From contig JBAXPN010000001.1 in NCBI GenBank assembly GCA_037132255.1, positions 276,113-340,112 of the forward strand: DNA of 64,000 nucleotides, in the 5' to 3' direction. The stretch comes from Candidatus Falkowbacteria bacterium (GTDB taxonomy: Bacteria > Patescibacteriota > Patescibacteriia > Patescibacteriales > UBA12465). The translations under genes were made by a program, and so were the position numbers. The number at the start of each line of letters is the position of its first letter. The stretch's first letter is position 1. Positions 61,465 through 64,000 of the stretch are shown here, one piece after another. The notes beneath the pieces are model-generated. The model did not search any database and was not told where the DNA came from. It saw only the letters and a program-made list of their open reading frames with translations.

Positions 61465-62559
61465 TTATTTTTTTAAAGTGTTTAATAAATTCTGATAGAA
61501 TTCTAGATTATTTAAACTCGCTAGTTTTTGACCTAATACTTCATTTAGCCTAAATAAATGATGAAGATAGCTTCGACTATGTTTTTTTAGCTCATTTATT
61601 TTACTCTTTTTATTAATTATCGAAAAATCGGAGATAAACTGAGCATTATTTATATTAATTGTCGTGTATCTATAGCCATTATTCGCAATAAATAATTTTC
61701 CGTGTCTTCCCTCTCTAGTCGGTATTACGCAATCAAACATATCCCAACCCATTTTTGCGCAACGCACTATGTCTTCCGGGGTACCAACGCCAAGCGCAAA
61801 GCGTAAGGCGTTCTCAGGAATATATTCAGCTGTTTTACGCAAAACTTCTTCTAAAAAATTTCCCTGCTCATCGATTGGTCGCGCGCCGAAGCCGTAACCG
61901 TCGAATCCAATTTTTACTAATTCTTTAGCACAGTGTTCCCGCAAATCTATTTCCGCTCCGCCTTGGATAACCGCAAATAAAAGCGGCTTCTTAATCCCAG
62001 ATAATTTTCTTTTTTTAATTTGTCTTAAATATTCTACCTTGCATCTCTTTGCCCACGCTATAGTTCTGGCGACTGCTACTTCTAAATCGGGTCGAGAAAA
62101 TTCGTTCGGCGGACAATCATCAAAACAGACCATCATGTCTACCCCTAGAGAGAATTGAATTTGAATCGATTTTTCAGGCGTGAGTTCATGTTTCGAACCA
62201 TCGAGCGGAGATTTGAAGATTACTTTATCGTCCTCAATTTTTCCCATTTTGGAATTTTTATGAATCAAGGAAAATACCTGAAATCCCCCGGAGTCGGATA
62301 AAAGAGGACCAGACCAATTCATGAATTTATGTAAACCACCAGCATCTTCGATTACTTTTAATCCGGGCTGTAAATATAAATGAAAAGTATTTACGACTAA
62401 GGCTTCAGTGCCAGTATTCTTAACCTCTTCATTCGTACTTAGCTTGATAAACCCGCGCGTTGCGTCGGGCATATAAAAAGGCGTTCTTAAAAAGCCGTGG
62501 GCTGTTTTTAAAATGCCATGGCGAATTCCCGCTTCATCTGTCTTAATTATTTTAAACAT
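61465..62559 (-). CDS. tgt: tRNA-guanine transglycosylase (queuine-type TGT) lacking the canonical Zn-binding residues
   Basis: 364 aa. LLSDSGGFQVFSL, LGVGTPEDIV, MFDCVIPTR, SRSYLHHLFRLNE. The CxCxxC...H Zn motif is replaced (see finding). Confidence 0.9.
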   Translation of the reverse strand: MFKIIKTDEAGIRHGILKTAHGFLRTPFYMPDATRGFIKLSTNEEVKNTGTEALVVNTFHLYLQPGLKVIEDAGGLHKFMNWSGPLLSDSGGFQVFSLIHKNSKMGKIEDDKVIFKSPLDGSKHELTPEKSIQIQFSLGVDMMVCFDDCPPNEFSRPDLEVAVARTIAWAKRCKVEYLRQIKKRKLSGIKKPLLFAVIQGGAEIDLREHCAKELVKIGFDGYGFGARPIDEQGNFLEEVLRKTAEYIPENALRFALGVGTPEDIVRCAKMGWDMFDCVIPTREGRHGKLFIANNGYRYTTININNAQFISDFSIINKKSKINELKKHSRSYLHHLFRLNEVLGQKLASLNNLEFYQNLLNTLKK

Positions 62560-62593
62560 AATATTTTGAGTCCCGGAAAAACAGGCTTTACTT

Positions 62594-64000
62594 TTATTGC
62601 ACCCTTCCTGAATTACTCATTCCGGCTATATCGTCATCTTCTAGTTTTGTTGTCTTAGGTGATGTTTTCTTTATTATTTGATTTTTTGTGTCCGTATCAG
62701 TCGCGGTCACAGTCGATCCCGTTGTTAAAACTAAAATTTTATTTCTATCATTTTCAATCGGAGTTACGCTAATACCAAACTCAGCATCCGCCCGGTAGAC
62801 TGAAACTGGCAAACGGCCAATTTCCCAAATTACCTGACGGCTACTAGCGTCGTAAGATATATTTCCGACATTTGTTGTATTTTTATCGTCCCAATTTATA
62901 TTACTCGGCAAATCAAAGACAACGCGTGTATCGCTTAATTCGTGTAAATTATTTTTAACTACCCAATAAACCTTAAAGCCAGTTTTCTCTCCAACTTTGG
63001 GCGGAAGTGGTCCAGATCCGACCGGCTGATTGTCCTCATTAAAATAGCGTATTTCTTCGCTAATACTTAAATCACTATTAATTTTACTGGTAATTGTATT
63101 ACTTTTATTATCCTCTCCCTTGACTGTTTGATTGTTAACTCCATATTGGGAATAGGAAACAACACTTAAATTTTTTCCTAAATCGCCATCTTTATACGGA
63201 AGCAAATTGATGGAAAAATTAATTTCGCCGTCTTGCCCCGGCTTTATTTCCGCGAGCTCGGGAATTTCATTTTTTGTCCAAATTATTGTATTCCCCCGGA
63301 CTTCACCTTTCTTTACCATGTTTAAAGAATTGTAATCGAGGAAATCACCACTTAGAACAGCCATAATAACCACTTCTTTATAAGTATTATCACCCTTATT
63401 GCTATAACTTACCGTGTAGTTTAAAGCCTGCCAAAAATTTATGGCGTTATCGCTTTTTGCCCCGTTAATAAACATCGTGAGATTCAAATCGCTTTTTACT
63501 AATTCCGGTTTAAATGTTTTTTCCCAAAAGACGTAAGACTGACCATCTTCTAACTTCTTCTCTAGGCGAACGCTAATTTCTGAACTATCTTGCTTAGTAC
63601 TAATCTTATAACTTAAAGGTATCTCTTGCCGACTAAAATCCTGACTAAGGCCAGCTATCTGCCAGCCTGTTCCGCCGGTTTTAGTAATCACAATTTTTTT
63701 TGCAATTAAGTCTAAGGAGCTGGCGGTTTGGTCACTAGGAGTTACGACTTGTGCGTTTGTTTCTTCAGGCAAAGCGAAACTTAAATTAAAATCGCCAAGA
63801 TAATTATTTTTTACATCAGAAAAAACTAAGTTCATGGTATTATCCTGATTTAAGAAAGCCGTATTACTATATTCCAAATCAACTTGAAAACCGGGGCCTG
63901 TGACGATAGTTGAGGCCGACGCTTCTTTTTTAAATTGACTAGAATAGTTTACGGGAACATAGCTCAAGCGTCCTGAAACAACATTTACCGATTCTGGTTT
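62594..64000 (-). CDS. surface protein of the 'GSGPLPP' C-terminal domain family (5' end probably beyond the window)
   Basis: The track start at 63967 is a TTG, and the same frame stays open to nt 64000 (KPESVNVVSGR-). C-terminal region PVGSGPLPPKVGEKTGFKVYWVVKN...SSRQVIWEI is paralogous to 20319..21389. Confidence 0.65.
   Translation of the reverse strand, partial: KPESVNVVSGRLSYVPVNYSSQFKKEASASTIVTGPGFQVDLEYSNTAFLNQDNTMNLVFSDVKNNYLGDFNLSFALPEETNAQVVTPSDQTASSLDLIAKKIVITKTGGTGWQIAGLSQDFSRQEIPLSYKISTKQDSSEISVRLEKKLEDGQSYVFWEKTFKPELVKSDLNLTMFINGAKSDNAINFWQALNYTVSYSNKGDNTYKEVVIMAVLSGDFLDYNSLNMVKKGEVRGNTIIWTKNEIPELAEIKPGQDGEINFSINLLPYKDGDLGKNLSVVSYSQYGVNNQTVKGEDNKSNTITSKINSDLSISEEIRYFNEDNQPVGSGPLPPKVGEKTGFKVYWVVKNNLHELSDTRVVFDLPSNINWDDKNTTNVGNISYDASSRQVIWEIGRLPVSVYRADAEFGISVTPIENDRNKILVLTTGSTVTATDTDTKNQIIKKTSPKTTKLEDDDIAGMSNSGRVQ

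Noticed and set aside
1-64000. Search for tRNA, rRNA, tmRNA or CRISPR arrays in every intergenic gap.
   Set aside because: No cloverleaf-compatible GC-rich ~75-nt segments, no T-loop GGTTCGAATCC-like motifs, no rRNA-like stretches and no regularly spaced direct repeats were seen by eye. A tRNAscan/Infernal run would be needed to be certain.

Overview
This is a low-GC (about one third GC by hand counts), gene-dense bacterial chromosome segment. Gene content and protein style fit best with a small-genome fermentative Patescibacteria/CPR-like (Parcubacteria-type) organism; that placement is inference, since no homology search was possible. I found no rRNA, tRNA, CRISPR array, transposase or prophage.

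Main blocks:
- 1-12.4 kb: a cell-envelope glycan locus (Wzy-like protein, two GT4 genes, Wzz-like protein, methyltransferase, GT26-Nudix fusion).
- 12.4-20.3 kb: gltX, an M23 peptidase, a Xer-type tyrosine recombinase, ftsQ and alr.
- 18.3-38.7 kb: a long minus-strand run with surface proteins, serS, dnaX, a VirD4/TraD-like ATPase, pyrG, an S41 protease, tsaC, cvpA, metG and rsmI.
- 38.9-40.9 kb: secE-nusG-rplK-rplA.
- 41.1-45.5 kb: an RRM RNA-binding protein, nifU/nifS, cyclophilin and cca.
- 45.5-51.1 kb: a [FeFe]-hydrogenase redox module followed by an SDR and GAPDH.
- 51.3-64 kb: tsf-rpsB, SOD, rlmN, pyk, tgt and a surface protein cut by the window edge.

Observations most worth follow-up:
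1. A ~3.3 kb compositionally foreign island (about 4.68-7.99 kb; ~44% vs ~33% GC in hand-counted samples) sits inside the glycan locus. It encodes a beta-barrel-like secreted protein and two lipoprotein-like proteins, one with a PKD domain. These have diderm/Bacteroidota-style signal peptides, and there are no mobility genes.
2. A GC-rich (~46%) ~260-nt transcription unit at 56.8-57.07 kb has a perfect TTGACA-17-TAATAT promoter, several stable helices and a strong intrinsic terminator. It is a candidate structured ncRNA of unknown class.
3. A dif-like site at 18051-18090 lies ~1.1 kb from the xer gene, where gene orientation becomes almost uniformly minus. This is a candidate replication terminus.
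4. A membrane-anchored VirD4/TraD-like ATPase and a small partner protein are embedded in the dnaX-serS operon.
5. The tgt gene has lost all four Zn ligands.
6. Two genes are split by single-base homopolymer frameshifts.
7. A 57-aa ferredoxin is absent from the ORF track.
8. Promoter-proximal hairpin plus U-tract leaders recur upstream of translation-related genes.

All functional calls rest on motifs I could read in the translations. All coordinates of small elements were hand-indexed.
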